A DNA stretch of 64,000 nt from Eledone cirrhosa (taxonomy: Eukaryota). The stretch lies in the NCBI GenBank assembly GCA_964016885.1, contig OZ024747.1, positions 51,956,001 to 52,020,000 on the forward strand, in the 5' to 3' direction. Shown here in pieces: positions 1 through 15,280 of the stretch. A program made the position numbers and the translations under genes. How positions within the stretch are numbered: the first letter of the stretch is position 1; each line of letters opens with the position of its first letter. The notes under the pieces are model-generated. The model ran no database searches. It saw only the letters and a program-made list of their open reading frames with translations, and was not told the origin of the DNA.

Positions 1-315
1 ATACACCATTTCCTCTCCCAATTAGCATAATTAACCACACAAAATAAACGTAATCCTGGTATGTGTATATGCATTTCTTCTAACTTTAATTTCTAACTTT
101 AATTTTATACCTAATTGTGTATGGTTGACGGTATATTTAATCGATTTCCACGTGCTGTTGAAATGTTGGGTAAATATTCTATGGCGGTTGGCCGCGAAGA
201 GATTGCTGTCGTTTATTTATCTACTATTTCTTCATAGGTGCCTTTTAATCTTATAACCTGGTCTAATTGATTTTTGTGTGGTTAATTATGTTAATTGGGA
301 GAGGAAATGGTGTAT
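1..315. mobile_element. MITE-like / inverted-terminal-repeat element
   Basis: 1-44 is the reverse complement of 272-315 with one mismatch; right end runs into (TA)n; non-coding interior; left flank is outside the window. Confidence 0.6.
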
Positions 316-530
316 ATATATTATCAAATGAATCTATGGATATACTTTATAGTATATTGCTCTGATTATTTAATTTATTAATTCATCATTGAGCCACATC
401 GTGAATGGTTGCCAAAACACATATATATCTGTGTCTTTGTCTAGTTTGTGTATATGTAAATCTTTAGATTAATCTACTGAATAAGGCACTAACTTACGCA
501 TTTAAACATACAGACATAACTAACAATGAA

Positions 531-1895
531 ATGCACATTACATTATCGGCACGGAAAACATTAATAGAATTTAATAACCAACTCTGGACTAGAGCAGATA
601 GAAATAATAATTTCGACATAACTATGGGATCTGCAGACTCAGCTCAGGTAACGGACCTTGTGGGCCTATTTATAATTAATTCTCTACATAGAAAAATACC
701 TGGTGTAACCGGAGGTTTATATCGTGACGATATGCTTTTACTTATAGAAAATAATAGCTGTGAACTAAATAGAAAAAGAAAACAAATTATACAATTTTTT
801 AATTACCTTAATCTAAAAGTAGAAATAGAGAATAATCATAAAATAGTCAATTTTCTAGATGTAACACTAAATCTTAACACATGTCTTCATTATCCATTTC
901 ACAAACTAAATGAGAACTTAAATTATGTTAATTTTAACTGTAATCACCCCAGATCCGTTAAAAATACTATAGTGAACTCTGTACAAGAACGAATTTCGAG
1001 AATTTCATCTAATAAGAATATATTTGATGAAAAGGCGCATTATTACAACGAAGCGTTAGGTAGAGCTGGGTATAGAAATAAAATTAAATACATCGATAAT
1101 AATAATAATAAAACAACTAACCATAATAATAACTATTTCAACTATGGTAACAATTTTAACAACTATAATAGAAAACCTTACAATAATTCCGAAAGCCGAA
1201 AAAGAAATAGAACTAGGAATATATTATGGTTCGCTCCTCCTTTCTCACTAAATATTAAAACCCCTATTGCTAAACTATTCTTTAAAGCTCTTGACAAATG
1301 CTTCCCTAGAACGCATAGATATTACTCAATTTTTAATAGACATACTATAAAATTAACTTACTCTTCCACCAAAAATTTAGCGCAAAATATTAATAGAATT
1401 AATAATAGAAATTTAAAACCTAACCAAAATACCAATAATAACCCAAGCAATATTCAATCGAATAATTGTAACTGTAGAAATAAATCCAACTGTCCGTTAA
1501 ATAACAATTGCTTAGCTAAAAATATAGTTTATAATTGTAATGTAAAAACTAATTTAAATTCATTTAATTATGTCGGATCTACCTCCACAGAGATTAAATC
1601 CCGCTTCAATAATCATAAAAATTATTTTACAGATCCAAACAAAAAAATCTTCAACTTCTCTATCTAACCTATTATGGGACCTAAAACGAGAAAATGTTGA
1701 ATATTCGCTGATTTGGAATATTATTTCATAAGCTACTCCTTTTAACTCCTCTTCAGAAAATTGCGATCTTTGTATAGAGGAAATATTCTTTATATTAAAG
1801 ACCAAAAATTCCCTGAATTTAAAGAATAATTTATTCAGTTGCTGCAGACATAAATTGAACTCAACGTTTAAATATAATTATAAATTTAAAATGTA
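531..1895 (+). pseudogene. PLE reverse transcriptase + GIY-YIG endonuclease, frameshifted near 1645
   Basis: RT motifs ITMGSADSAQVTDLVG, GLYRDD, NFLDVTL; linker WFAPPFS..IFNRHTIKLTYS; CNCR..CPL..CL; GIY-YIG NIVYNC..YVGST..RFNNH; C-terminal CDLC/SCCRH continues in another frame. Motif set resembles the Naiad clade. Confidence 0.9.
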
Positions 1896-3142
1896 GTATA
1901 TAATTAATTAATTAATTTGGTTAATATATGAAACCTGTCGATAATTCATTTGATTCCTTCATCTGTTTCATTTTCTTTGGTTAAGTACTCAAGTATAAAT
2001 AAATTTTCTTCTTAAATATAAATATAAATATAATAAACCATTCTAGAGAAATATATTGAGAGCTCTTGAAAGGAGAAAATATTTCCTATTTCTTATTTTT
2101 TATATTTTTTATATTTTTTATATTTTTTATATTTTTTATATTTTTTATATTTTATTTATTTTTTTATTATGATTGTTTTTATTCTGATAGCTTCTCATAA
2201 TTTTCGAAAGTTTATCCTTTCAATATCTTGAGTAAAATATACGTAAGATAAATTTCTATACTAAATCTATTAAACATATTATTTTAACTTAAAATATTCT
2301 ATAATATTGTAAAATATTTTAATATTTTAATATTTTAGAATTGTTTTGTTTTTAAAGTTATATTGATATAATTATATTTCCAAAATATAATCCTTTTGTA
2401 TTTTATGTATTCAATTATACTATGTACTATATTGATGTATACTTATCTCTATACGTGTATGTATGTATATGTGTATATTAACATACATATACATGTGTTA
2501 TATGCATTTTTATGAATATATGTCTGTCTGTATGTATGCACGCGTGACGCGTGTCTACCAATTGGCTGAGGATGCACACACATGTATATATATGTATATG
2601 TAAGAATTGTGTGTGTACATGTACATGTATATCCATACAATTTGATTGCAGATAGACATAACTAACAGCCATAAATGCATGACAGCTAATCTTATATATT
2701 TATATATATATATTAAAAATGTTTATTTAATAACACAAAGGATGTATAACATTAAATAAAAAAATCATTTATGCTTTGTATGTATATATTATATACGGGG
2801 GTAGATATGATGTATATTTATGAGTGTGTGTATATATATATTTATGTATATGTTTGCGTGTGTGTACGTGTTATATGATATGTAGTTTCTCTAGCAATAT
2901 ATAGATTTCTTAATGTTTAAATTCCAATTTTTAATATATTGATCTCAATTTTTAAACTAAATATCTAATCATAGTTAAACAATGATTAATTTCTCATATT
3001 ATATATGTATATTCCATTCATGAATATTAATATTTCTAATTTTATTTATTCATTTCATCTCAATTGTTAACTTAACTTAATATGGCATGACTTAAGGTTT
3101 TCGTTCTCTCCCCCTATCTCTGTCTCTATATTTTTCTTTCTC

Positions 3143-3520
3143 GAAGGATCAGGATGGAGAGAGAGGTGCTGCACCCCAGCCGTTTCTATGAAAGATGGGT
3201 GAAAGTGGCGAGAATGGCCCGTGTGAATGGGCCTTCACTCTACATCAGACTATAGGTGAGGAAGATGAAAGACCAAGGGAGCACCCCTTCTCTGTGCTCC
3301 TGAGGAGAAGGGTTGCACACTTTTTTCGGGGGTGTGTGCGACCCCCCAAGGCGCCTCCTCTCTATTGAGGATTTTGTTAAAAAAAAATTTTATTTTTTGT
3401 TATATCTTATTTTATTTTTATATTTTGTTATTGCCTCCTCCTTATTGAGGACGCCTTTTTGTGTAAACTCCCCCCTTTGTACTTGTCCCACTTTTGATGC
3501 CCTAGTGGCAAATAAAAGAA
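3143..3520 (+). mobile_element. 3' end of a Tx1/L1-like LINE nested in the PLE 3' region
   Basis: GC-richer island encoding RIRMEREVLHPSRFYERWVKV, ending GGCAAATAAAAGAAA; similar 3' end on the minus strand at ~13120-13160. Clade call is inference. Confidence 0.5.
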
Positions 3521-3913
3521 ACATATATTTTTCTTTCTCGATTTTTTTCTCTCTGTCTGGTGTTTTGATATCTCTCTCTCTCGTTTTTCTCTCTTTTTTT
3601 TTTCTTTTTTCTTGTCTTTGTCTTTCTTTCTCCCTTTTCTCTCTCTCCGTTTTTCTCTCTCTCCGTCTTTTTTCCTTCTCTGTAACACAACGACTTACTA
3701 ATATAAGTAAACAAATCCACTATCCCGATGTCTTCCAAAAGTAACGGTTGCATTTTGTACATCTTTGAAATATGTATAATAAAATAGATATGGTTTTATA
3801 AATATAGTTTCCATTTGGTAATATCGTATATTTACTCCAAATACTTGTCGAGTGCTTTATATCAGTTATGAAAATATTTGCTTGTTGTATACCAACAATT
3901 TAAATAGAACTTT

Positions 3914-3985
<72 letters not shown>

Positions 3986-4649
3986 TATATTAATAGATCA
4001 ATATTCCCCTTCTATCACACGGCTCTTCGCATGCCCCAGCTGACTCTTCATTCTAAAAATTCTACAAGCCGTTTTCTCACTTCCACTGCCTAGATCTAGT
4101 TACCACGCGAAATACCGTTTTCTCTCGCAGGTATGTTGTGTCTAATGCTTCCTCATCTACAGTATTACGTAATGCTTTCGCCACCATTATCTTCTCTCCT
4201 ACCTACATTGTTTTCCATCAAACACTTCTATACACAATAACATAGGAATCATATATCATAAGACTATCACACACACACACACATACACACACACACATAA
4301 AACTACCCACTCACCTTCGCATAGACACACACACTCACACACATTCACTTCACACCGACCTGGTTTACAATCACACATACACACCTACTCTTTCAGGCAA
4401 GCACAGCACCATCAGTATACAAATATATTCGCACAACATATGCACTTCACACTATGAGCTGCCTCACACACACAGCCACTATAGCCCATTCATAGTTCCC
4501 TAGTTCCATAATCAGTATTTTCAGGTAACTCTACTTCATTTCCTTCTTTCTAATTACACCATTCTTAATTTTAATTCTTCCACTTTGTTCATATTTCTTT
4601 CCTATCCTTTTTGTTTCACTTCTGTCTACATCTTGTTCCCTTGTCTATA

Positions 4650-4685
4650 CTTTCTGATGAAGGATAAACGCCTGAAACGTTGAAG
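4650..4685 (+). ncRNA. Minimal type-I hammerhead ribozyme (PLE-type)
   Basis: CTTT-CTGATGA(4654-60)-AGG[ataaacg]CCT-GAAA-CGTT-GAAG. Stem I CUUU/GAAG, stem II AGG/CCU, palindromic AACGTT replaces stem III. Confidence 0.7.
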
Positions 4686-5650
4686 ATGTTCATTCGTGAT
4701 CTTTTCATTTAAGCGTTGAACTACCAGTATTCGTTGTACTGTGTTCAATGTGTTTGTTTTTACTGTTACCCGACTGTTGTTGACCTTCCCATATATATAT
4801 ATATATGTGTGAGTATGTGTGTGTGTGTGTGTTTGTGTATGTGTGTGTGTGTGTGTTTGTGTGTGTGGGGTGGGGGGGTGTATACCTATATGTATAAAGA
4901 CGTAGATGCACCCATACACACAAATACGCACATATATACATACATACATATATACATATACATATATCAGTGGAAATCTTGCTCATCGAATTTATATTTT
5001 CAAAAAATCCTACAATGTATGTAGATATTAATTTGTTGAGATTTTTCAATATTAAAATTGAAATTCAGAGTTGAACTGAAATTCAATCAATAAAAACAAC
5101 TAAAACTTAAATTTCGAATAAATCAACAAAAATTTATTTTACGTTTTCTTCTATTTATATGTACTTCATTTCATTTCGAGGTTAATACTTTTATTTTTTA
5201 TATTTACTTTTTCATTTTATATTTATTTATCATTTCTTTTTTTTTTTTTGTGCGGCGCGGGTGTGGGGAGGGAGTTAGTAGATTTATTTTTATATCCTTC
5301 TTCTTATTTCAAATTATGAAAACATCTCATTTTTAATCAATTTTGAAATTTCAAACCGGATAAGAAAAATTGAATCTAAATCAGCAAACATTAATCCACA
5401 CACCACCACACCCTCCTCCTCCTCCCCCATACCTAACCTAGTAAAGAGAGAAGAGGGGGAGGGATATATGTGGGTCAGCACAGCTCAAATAACTCACCTT
5501 AGAAAACTAAGTGCATTACCCTCACAACACTCTATACGCATACAATACTCTTACAGATCATACATATACATACATGTGTGGAGCTATGTGTGTGTATGTG
5601 TGTGTGTGTGTGTGTGTAAGTGTACAGTGTGTTGTGTATGTATACATCTA

Positions 5651-5703
<53 letters not shown>

Positions 5704-5705
<2 letters not shown>

Positions 5706-5902
5706 CGAAGGAAATGTGTTAAGGAACCAGATGGACCATAACGCACCAGAGTACTCAATACTTAGGGTAGTAGAGTGGGTAATAGGAAAAAAGTATGACC
5801 CCGACGGCAGAGCTCAAGCCGACGGCTATTTCTGGACTCTTATGTCCAGAAATAGCCGTCGAAACGGCTTGAGCTCTGCCGTCAGGGTCATACTTTTTCC
5901 TA
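5704..5902. mobile_element. ~200-bp fold-back element with half-hammerhead arms, copy 1 of 4
   Basis: ~80-bp unique left segment plus palindrome 5783-5902; (TA)n on both sides; homologous to 39179, 50220, 55528. Confidence 0.85.
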
Positions 5903-6017
5903 TATATATATATATATATATATGTATATAAGCACACGTGTACACACGTACACACTCACACACATGTGTGTATACAAACATGTTTTACTCATAAACACAT
6001 ATATATATACGTATATA

Positions 6018-6081
<64 letters not shown>

Positions 6082-6085
<4 letters not shown>

Positions 6086-7545
6086 CCACCGAACTCATCT
6101 CCGCCTTTCTTGACCCATCCTCGCCCCCCTTGTCACCACCCTCCCCTCCCACATCTCCGACACCAACCACGCCCTGCGCCTTTTCGACTCCTTCACCTAC
6201 CCACCCGGCCCACAGCCCTTCCTCTTCACCCTATAATTCAAGTCCCTTTATACCGTCTTCCCCCACGCCGACGGCCTACGTGCCCTCAAGCACTACCTCG
6301 ATCTTCGCCCCTCCCCATCCCCTCCACTCCCACCCTCCTTCGCCTCGCCGAGCTGGTCCTCACCCTCAACTGTTTCTCCTTCTCGGGTGAGTTTTACCAA
6401 CAGGTCACGGGGTAGCCATGGGTACAAGAATGGGCCGAAACTATGCCAACCTTTTTGTTGGCCATGTTGAGGCCCAAATCTTTGCCTAGTACACCGGCCC
6501 CACGCCCGAACTGTACGGTCGTTACATCGACGACTGTATCGGAGCCACGACCCTCACCTGAGAACAGCTCGACTCCTTTCTCTCCTTCCTCTGCTCCTTC
6601 CACCCCTCCCTCCACTTCACCACCTCTATCTCCACCACCCACGTCCACTTCTTAGACATCTCCGTCGCCTTCGACCCCTCCCACCACTCCCTCGTCACCT
6701 CCGCCTTCTTCAAACCCACCGATTCCCACTCCTACCTCGACTTCACATCTTCCCACACCACACTCACTAAACACTCTATTTCCTACTCCCAACTCCTCAG
6801 GATCCGCCGCCTCTGTAGCCGAGATGCTGACTTTGAGTCCCAGGCCCTTTCCCTAGTCAGCCATTTCATCCGCAGAGGTTACCCCCCTCTCTCGTCCCCA
6901 CCGCTCTCACCCGCGCCCGTGCTGTCCACCGCTCCACGACCCTCACCCCACGCCACCGCAAACCCACCTACCGTCTCCCCTTCCCCATCAACTACCACCC
7001 CTCCACATACCCCTCCACCGCACCATCCTCCGCCTCTTCCGACGCCTCCAGTCCGACCCCTCCACCTCCCACATCTTCCCAGCCCCACCACTCCCCTCCT
7101 TCAAACCCTCCTCGTCCACAGCTCCCTATCCCCCAACCCACGCCCCCCCCCCGGTTCCCTTTCCTGTTCCAGGCCCCGCTGCAACACCTGTCCCCTCATC
7201 ACCAACACCACCACCTTCCAGGGTCCCAACGGCCTCTCTCTCTCTGTCCGGCATGCCTTCCGCTGCACCTCCTCCAACCTAGTCTACGGACTTACGTCGG
7301 ACAGACTGGACGTCGCCTGCCGGACAGGTTTACTGAACACCTCCGAGATATTCGTCTCGGTGGTAGTTCCCCCATCGTCCGCTACTTTGGTGCCCCTGGA
7401 CATTCCGCACACCACCTCACAGTCTGTGGCCTACTACAATGCCACGGAACACCCGCCACTCTCCTCAGGGTCGAACAACGAACGATCTTCACCCTACAGA
7501 CCAACACTCCCCCCGGCCTGAACTCCCCACCCTTATTCCTTTAGC
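6082..7545 (+). pseudogene. Decayed Penelope-like (Neptune-type) RT + GIY-YIG
   Basis: Across frameshifts: LVLTLNCFSFSGEFYQQVTG/VAMGTRMG, YGRYIDDCIG, FLDISV, FKPTDSHSYLDFTSSH, RIRRLCS, CSRPRCNTC, FRCTSSNLVYG, YVGQTGRRLPDRFTEHLRDI. Confidence 0.88.
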
Positions 7546-9065
7546 CTTCGACCACCCCCCTCCCGCCACACATATCCCCCACTAACACCACTAACCCACC
7601 CCACAACTAACAATACTAACACCTCCACCCCACACCCGACCACCCTTCCCCAACTAACATACTAACATCCCTCCCTTCTTCTCCTCCCCCACCCCTTCTT
7701 ATCACACGCACCCACCCACCGGTACATATATACACGCGTTCACACTAAACACACACCCTACTACCACCACTAACCCTCACCCCCACACATCCACCCCACC
7801 ACCCCGCAACTAACATCACTAACACCCCCGACCCCAAGCACACGAACACACACACCCTCTTACACCACCCACTCTACACACCCTACCACTACTGACCCCC
7901 ACTCACACCCGCATTCAACCCTGTCTCCACCTCCAGTATACTAACACCCCCTTCACCACTCACACACTCATCCAAACACGCACACACACACCAGTACACT
8001 ACACTCCCTCCATCGTCCCCCACACCCTTTTCTCCCCGCTCCACCCACACCCTTTCTCAAACACACACACATCCCACTAACACCTCTACTAATACACACA
8101 CACACCTCCTCATCACTCCAACTTTCACACCTACCCATCCTCTCCCCTGTCCACCGCACCTCCGCAAACACTGACACACCGACTTTCTTCACTTACCATT
8201 CTACCCTACTGCTGCTATGCCTCTCTGACCACCTCCCCGCACACACAGACACAACCCTCCTTCTGCCTTGACCCTCTGACCACTTCCTGTTGCGCGCGCA
8301 CCCCACATCTCCCCTCTTCCGACCAATCTCTTCACGGATTACACATATGTGAACCTCGATCCCTAGAATCCACCACATCCCAAGGATATTACTCAGCATT
8401 CCACCACGTCGTCTACGGAATTACCTTAAGGACTCACCCACGGACATACACCCCAAAAAAATATTTCCCCACACGCCACCTACATCCACAACACGCATAA
8501 ACACCACACACACACGTGCGTACCACCACATATTTACACATTCAGCCCCCGGAATCCTCTCCCCCACCCCTCTATCCACACACGCACACACACTCCGACC
8601 TACACCCCACCCCACACACACCTCTTCCTGAACATGCAATCCCGTTCTTCCCCCAACTCTTACTTTCACATACACACACACACACACGTACACCTACACA
8701 CACACACAACCTTCAGCCCTCTCCGCTCGGACGCCCCGTCTCCCTCACCCCACTCCACCCGCCACTACCCCTACACGCCCCACACTCTTCCACCACCTGT
8801 TTCACTTCATGCGTATTTTTATTTTTATTTTTATCATGCTTTTATATTTAATTTCATTTGTACCGTTTCCTCTCACCCCCTTTTTTCTATATGTCTCTCC
8901 ACCACTCCCCCACACACCCTTGGAACTCTCTTCCCACACACTTTTCACCTGAAGAAGGGCTTATGCCCGAAACGTCGTTTCCCACCACCACCCCACTCTC
9001 AAGAGCGTGAAACTAATAAACCTTTGTTCGTATTGCCTCTCTGTTTTGTTCCCGTTCAATTGTTT
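7546..9065 (+). mobile_element. C/A-rich 3' UTR / pseudo-LTR of the Neptune-type PLE
   Basis: Same strand bias as the ORF; ends with an HHR and AATAAA before (TA)n. Confidence 0.6.
8946..8978 (+). ncRNA. Minimal type-I hammerhead ribozyme
   Basis: CTGAAGA(8949-55)-A-GGGC[ttat]GCCC-GAAA-CGTC; GUC site at 8974-76; stem I weak in this copy. Confidence 0.7.
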
Positions 9066-9590
9066 ACTATATATATATATATATAAAGAAAAAAAGATGA
9101 AATCGAAAATGCAACTGGAGTCTTATTTTTTTTTAAATATATATATTTATTTGGTTCCTTTACCGGTTTCGCAGTTCTTCTGCTTTTCAAAAGTAGAATT
9201 GAAATGGAGGGTCTGTGGTTTTTCTCAATATATTTAATTCTTGGATCTTTCAGCTTCCCAGTGACAGGCAGAAATGACTTTAGGAAGAAGGAAAGAGCAT
9301 GATGGATAAAAGAGCGAAAGAATATCAAAGAGAAATGATAAAATGGGGAAAAAAATTAAAGAAGGAGAGAGAATAATTGGTAGAGTGAAAGAAAAAATGC
9401 AAAATATAGACGATATAGAGTTGCGAAAAGGCGAAAGGGTTAAAAGGACAGAGAGGAAGATAGAAAGAAAGAGCGCCTACAAACACACACGCATCAAGCA
9501 TTAACCTAATATATCTCTTCCACATACTGAACCGAATGTGCTGTTATTTCTGTTTACCTTTTACATACATACATACATACATCCCTTCTA

Positions 9591-10535
<945 letters not shown>

Positions 10536-11062
10536 GCACACCTAGAAAAGATAGATAATACTAACCGCTTTCATTTCTATATATTTGTATCATTATTATT
10601 AGTATTAGTAACATCATGACTTTTATTCGTCGTCTTCTTTCTTTCTTCTTCTCTTACCTTATCTTTCTTTGTCTCTCGTCTTTTTGTTCCTCTTCTATGA
10701 ATTTTTTCATAACTAATATTATTTTTTAGTTCTTTTATCAATATATATATTTTCTCATAAAGCCTTCTCTTCCTTAAGTTTCTTTCTTCTTCTGAATAAT
10801 GTTTCTTTCCTCTTTCTTTACAAAAAGCCCCCTATATTTATAGGTAAAAAAAGGTGGGGGAAAAGAAAGTTCTGATATTCATTCTTTTGAAAAGCTATTA
10901 CTCAAATGGTAGGTCAAATGGAATGAGGTTTTATCCGAGAATGGAAACCGTGTCACGAATTTAGCTCACCTAAAATCCGGTTTACTTTACTTAACCTATG
11001 ACGTTTGACATTTTCCTTGCCAGAAATTTTCATTATCAACAGTGACTCAATATAAATTTATG

Positions 11063-11382
11063 TACTCTCGGGTCTCGAATAATCCCCACCCCCACTTATT
11101 AAATTTTGCTATCGATAAAATTTTATTTTAAGTGATAGCATTCCTGCGATAATTGATTTTCCTTATACATTAAAAAACTTTGTACATGACAAAAAAAAGT
11201 ACATTACTAGAAATCCAATACGTTATAAAATAATTAGGATGGGTTGGGGTCTTAATATGTAAACTAAACGACTAATTCTGGTTTTTAAAAACTCAACGGA
11301 GACATACTGGAAAAATTACCTATTTTCCAACCCACCTCTCGCTTATTCTACTCCCAACCTTATTATATGTGACTCGAAAGTA
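11063..11382. mobile_element. Probable TA-inserting MITE
   Basis: Imperfect ~21-bp TIRs TACTCTCGGGTCTCGAATAAT / ATTATATGTGACTCGAAAGTA bounded by TA. Confidence 0.45.
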
Positions 11383-12295
11383 GGATAAGAAAAATCACTC
11401 TCCACCTTGTCACTCCGCTTCTTAGATATAAAAGCTAAATTTATTCCTCATCAAATTTACTGTCTTTAAAAAGTAAGGGACTCCTCGATACACTATGCCT
11501 CAAAAAATATGTTATGGTCATGTCTGGACTGCTTTTGATGATAATTCTTCTAGCTCAGAGCTGATTTGGTGGTTAAACAAGGAAGACTCTATCTGGACGC
11601 TTGACTTCCTGGAAATAACAACTTATTCACTCCCAGATAATACCCCAGTATCTAAGTTCAACCGGTCAGATTGGATAATATAGTTGTAGATACATGTGAG
11701 AATAAAAAAGAAGAGATAGCCAAAAATTGGTTGACCCAGGGTTAAACAATAACATTAGTATGGGATTAGATGGGAGATATATATTTCGTATTATACATCC
11801 GAATGAAAAAAGTAAAGTGAACCACCGAGAAATTTGAACTCGGGTAGAATGTGTAAATACAAAACTAAACGTGATAATGTAAGTTAAGGGTGGCAGAAGT
11901 GAAAGCGCGCCACCCTTACGGGACTTAGCCATATGTTTTTATATATATTGAGTTCAACATTCAATGGGGTCACCTTTACTTTTCATTTACGACTCCCCTA
12001 CTCACCCACCGTACACAAAATGTATACCAGTTGTATACTGTGGTCACCTCATTCGACTAATACAAGGATTTGTTGGGTAATGTAGGCTGCAAGACATTAG
12101 CCAGAAAGAAAGTATAAAAAGAAATGACGGGATGGTCATAACTGGGAAATACTTGATCATAGATCTGCTGAATTAGGTCTGGGCTGACTTGGGGCTAAAT
12201 AATGACAACAACAACAACTATATTTTATATCTATTTTATTCCATGCCTTATTTCTCCTCTCACCTTACTTACACTCACACAGACGCACACGCACA

Positions 12296-12326
<31 letters not shown>

Positions 12327-13004
12327 GCGCGCGCACTCACACACACACACACACACTCACACACTCACACACATAAACTCTCTCTCTCACCACCCAGCAG
12401 CAACTAACACCATTTACAACAGTAGCAGCAACAGCATCAACAGCAGCAGTAACAGCAGCAGCAGCAGCAGCAGTACGAACAGCATGACGGGAGAAATTGA
12501 TTTTAAAATGTTATGACAAAATTTCAATGAATAAAAAAATAGAAAAAGTAGGCCAGTGAAAAGTTCATTCTCAGGTTAGTTGGAGCCGCCCACGATGACT
12601 CTACAAGTCGGAGGATAGTAGAGGGAGAGGCGGGATGGTAAAATGGCAGGGTGAGGATAAAGTGTGGGTGGGTGATGAGGGGGGCACGGGACGAGGGGTG
12701 GAAAAGAAGGGCTTCCCTTTGTTGAAAATACTAAAACGACAGGATCTTATTTGAGGGAAATCGGGATACGAGTGTGGGCTGGTAACTGCTGTTCTTTATC
12801 TGTATGTATGTATGTAGGTAGGTATATATGTACGTATGTAGGTATGTATGTATGTATGTATGTAGGTAGGTATGTATATATGTAGGTAGGTAAGTATATA
12901 TGTAGGTATGTATGTAGGTACGGACGTACGTCCGTACATACATACGCACATACATAATACGTACATACATGCACACATACATAACTACATACATACCTAC
13001 ATAG

Positions 13005-13058
<54 letters not shown>

Positions 13059-13119
13059 TTATTTATTTATATACATACATATATAGGTAGATAGATGTGT
13101 AAGTATATAGATATCTGTC

Positions 13120-13385
13120 TTTATTTGCCACAGGGGCGTACAAAAATGGGACATTACAAGATGTGACGGCGGGGGTTTTGCATAAAAATAACTTTAACGT
13201 TAATAAATAACAATAAACTATATATAATAAAATAACAATTGAAATCCCCAGTGGGGGGGAACGTTACTGCAGGGTTGTTTTAGACCCCGTGGGTACAACA
13301 ACCCTCAACACCAGGAACACGTTTTGTAGGTGTTCCTGTCTTCCCTCTGTTTATCTTCCTCAACCTAATGTGTAGTTTGAGTTCG
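13120..13385 (-). mobile_element. Tx1/L1-like LINE 3' fragment
   Basis: TTTATTTGCCAC..GGGACA matches the reverse complement of 3485-3516. Confidence 0.4.
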
Positions 13386-13420
<35 letters not shown>

Positions 13421-13699
13421 CTTTGGTCGTCTTCCACAAAGCATTTTACTGGAAGTATAATTTCATCTTGAACAAACAACGTTGAAAATGTTGAAATATG
13501 AAACGAAAAAAGAAGTAAATCTCTCGTTTATTAAAATTGTTAAATTCCACAAACTGAGCTTTCTTTAATCCATTGTTTAGTAAGTCTACTGTTTTACTAT
13601 TTAACCACCGAGTGAATGCTTAACAGTATTAGTTTCAGTGTTGTGCACTGTAAGTTTAAATGTTTGCCGAGGTCAACTTTACGTTTTATCGTTGTGCTG

Positions 13700-14012
13700 T
13701 CAATAAAACAGAGAAGGCGTTTCCCTGGAGGTTTGCAAGGGAGACGCGTTATGGAAGCCATTCCAGCTCACGAAACTCACACCAGCGGGTAGCCAACTTC
13801 GGACCGATGGTGGTGAATGGGGGGTGGGGGTGGTCCTAGGGCCAAAAACACCAGAAGTATCTACGGTTACGGGCCCGAGTGTAAATGTTGGAGAGCGAGC
13901 AATATTTGGAGAGTTTACCCTCCTCGGCTCGAAGTGCAGCAGTGCCTGGTTTAGTCGCAAACTGCACCAGGTTGCCGCTGGAGACAGTGTTGCTACATGT
14001 GGTTTCCCAGAT
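13700..14012 (-). pseudogene. CRE-like non-LTR retrotransposon endonuclease fragment
   Basis: IWETTCSNT..PVTVDTSGVFGPRT; nucleotide similarity to 26950-27130. Confidence 0.6.
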
Positions 14013-15185
14013 TAAAATTATTTATCACTCCAAAGCGGTGGCGGGGTTGTTAGAGTATTAGATGTGTTTATTTGAAGTCTATAATTCGCTTCTTTAAATT
14101 CTAAGTTATTGAGTAGTAAGTGTAAGCTATTGTCTGGTTTAGCATCGGCACCTGATCCTTTAACGGAGTTTCGAAATATATTCATGTTGGTTATATCTTA
14201 GTTTGAAAGTGTTCAGCCTGAGACAGAACAGTATATTATGCGATGGTTGACCCACTGTTTGATGACACTATTGAGCAATCAATATACAATGAAACTAGTA
14301 AAACCATTTATATTTTAGTGCATGTTATCGAAGTAACGTAATTACATTTTGCATTTTTCTTGGCAATTATTAAGTTATGCTCTCTTTTTTTTATTTTTGT
14401 TTTTACTTTTGTTCTCACCTAAAGATATAGTAGAAATTTCGGTAGTGAACATGCTGAGTTTAATGCAATTTCTGTTGTATCTTTACTTACGTATCTTTAC
14501 TGTTTTAAGGGGATGTATCTTTATCAACTTCAAACATGTTTTTTTTTTGGGGGGGGGGGGGGGGGGTTACAAGTTCTTACATATGAACTAAAAGAAAGAT
14601 GATACCATTCCATATGCAGTATTCTACGTGTCTCTTGGGAGTGTTTTGGTTACTTCACGTGTAATATTCATCAAAAAATCATTAATTCTTAAGGCATTAT
14701 TATTGTATGTTTTTTCTATTGTTAAAGGACTATATATTGTATATGATTGACAACCAAATGCTAATGTCCTTCACAACATTTAATTGGTTGGGTATTTTAT
14801 GTTAATATATACCAGTATATTCTTTGAACTTCTATATATTAGTGTCGAAGTTAAATTATTGTATAAAACATTTCGTACTTTAAGATTTGTGTCTAACGTA
14901 GATTTTAACTTGAATTATTTGAGATATCAGGTAAATTATTTTTCTATTAAATTGTCAGCTTGCATATCTTTCATATTTTTAATAAATGATAGGCCACATC
15001 TCTGTTCATCTTATCCTTTATGCTCTGGATAACTAAAATCAATATTACATAGATCTAACGACATTATGTATGTATGCATATAGCTACTGTCGCCCAGCGA
15101 ATGGGATTGGCTTAGTGCACAGTCATTCCTCACTTTTAAAAATATCTTCACGCACAGGAATTGCACGATAGAATTAATTAATAAT

Positions 15186-15280
15186 TGTTTCTACTTTAGG
15201 CACAAGGCCAGCAATTACCCAGTGCATTAATGGTACTTTATTTTATCGACCCCGTAAGGATGAAAGGCAAAGTCAACCTC
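15186..15280 (-). mobile_element. 5'-truncated SINE (family A) with 15-bp TSD
   Basis: Family-A body flanked by GAATTAATTAATAAT at 15171-15185 and 15281-15295. Confidence 0.85.

Larger units (their letters stand above)
500..3915 (+). mobile_element. 5'-truncated Penelope-like element (Naiad-type), copy 1, with long 3' non-coding region
   Basis: Contains the RT/GIY-YIG ORF. Downstream blocks (e.g. 3717-3826) match the reverse complement of 33120-33310 in copy 2. Boundaries approximate. Confidence 0.75.

Noticed and set aside
1465-1990. Selenocysteine recoding as in some Naiad PLEs
   Set aside because: The Cys-motif codons I checked in both copies are TGT/TGC, and I found no foldable SECIS after the stop.
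9157-9194. Degenerate hammerheads here and at ~38676, ~48954, ~59546
   Set aside because: GAAAC..GTH and some stems are present but the CUGANGA box is mutated or stem II deleted; relics at best.
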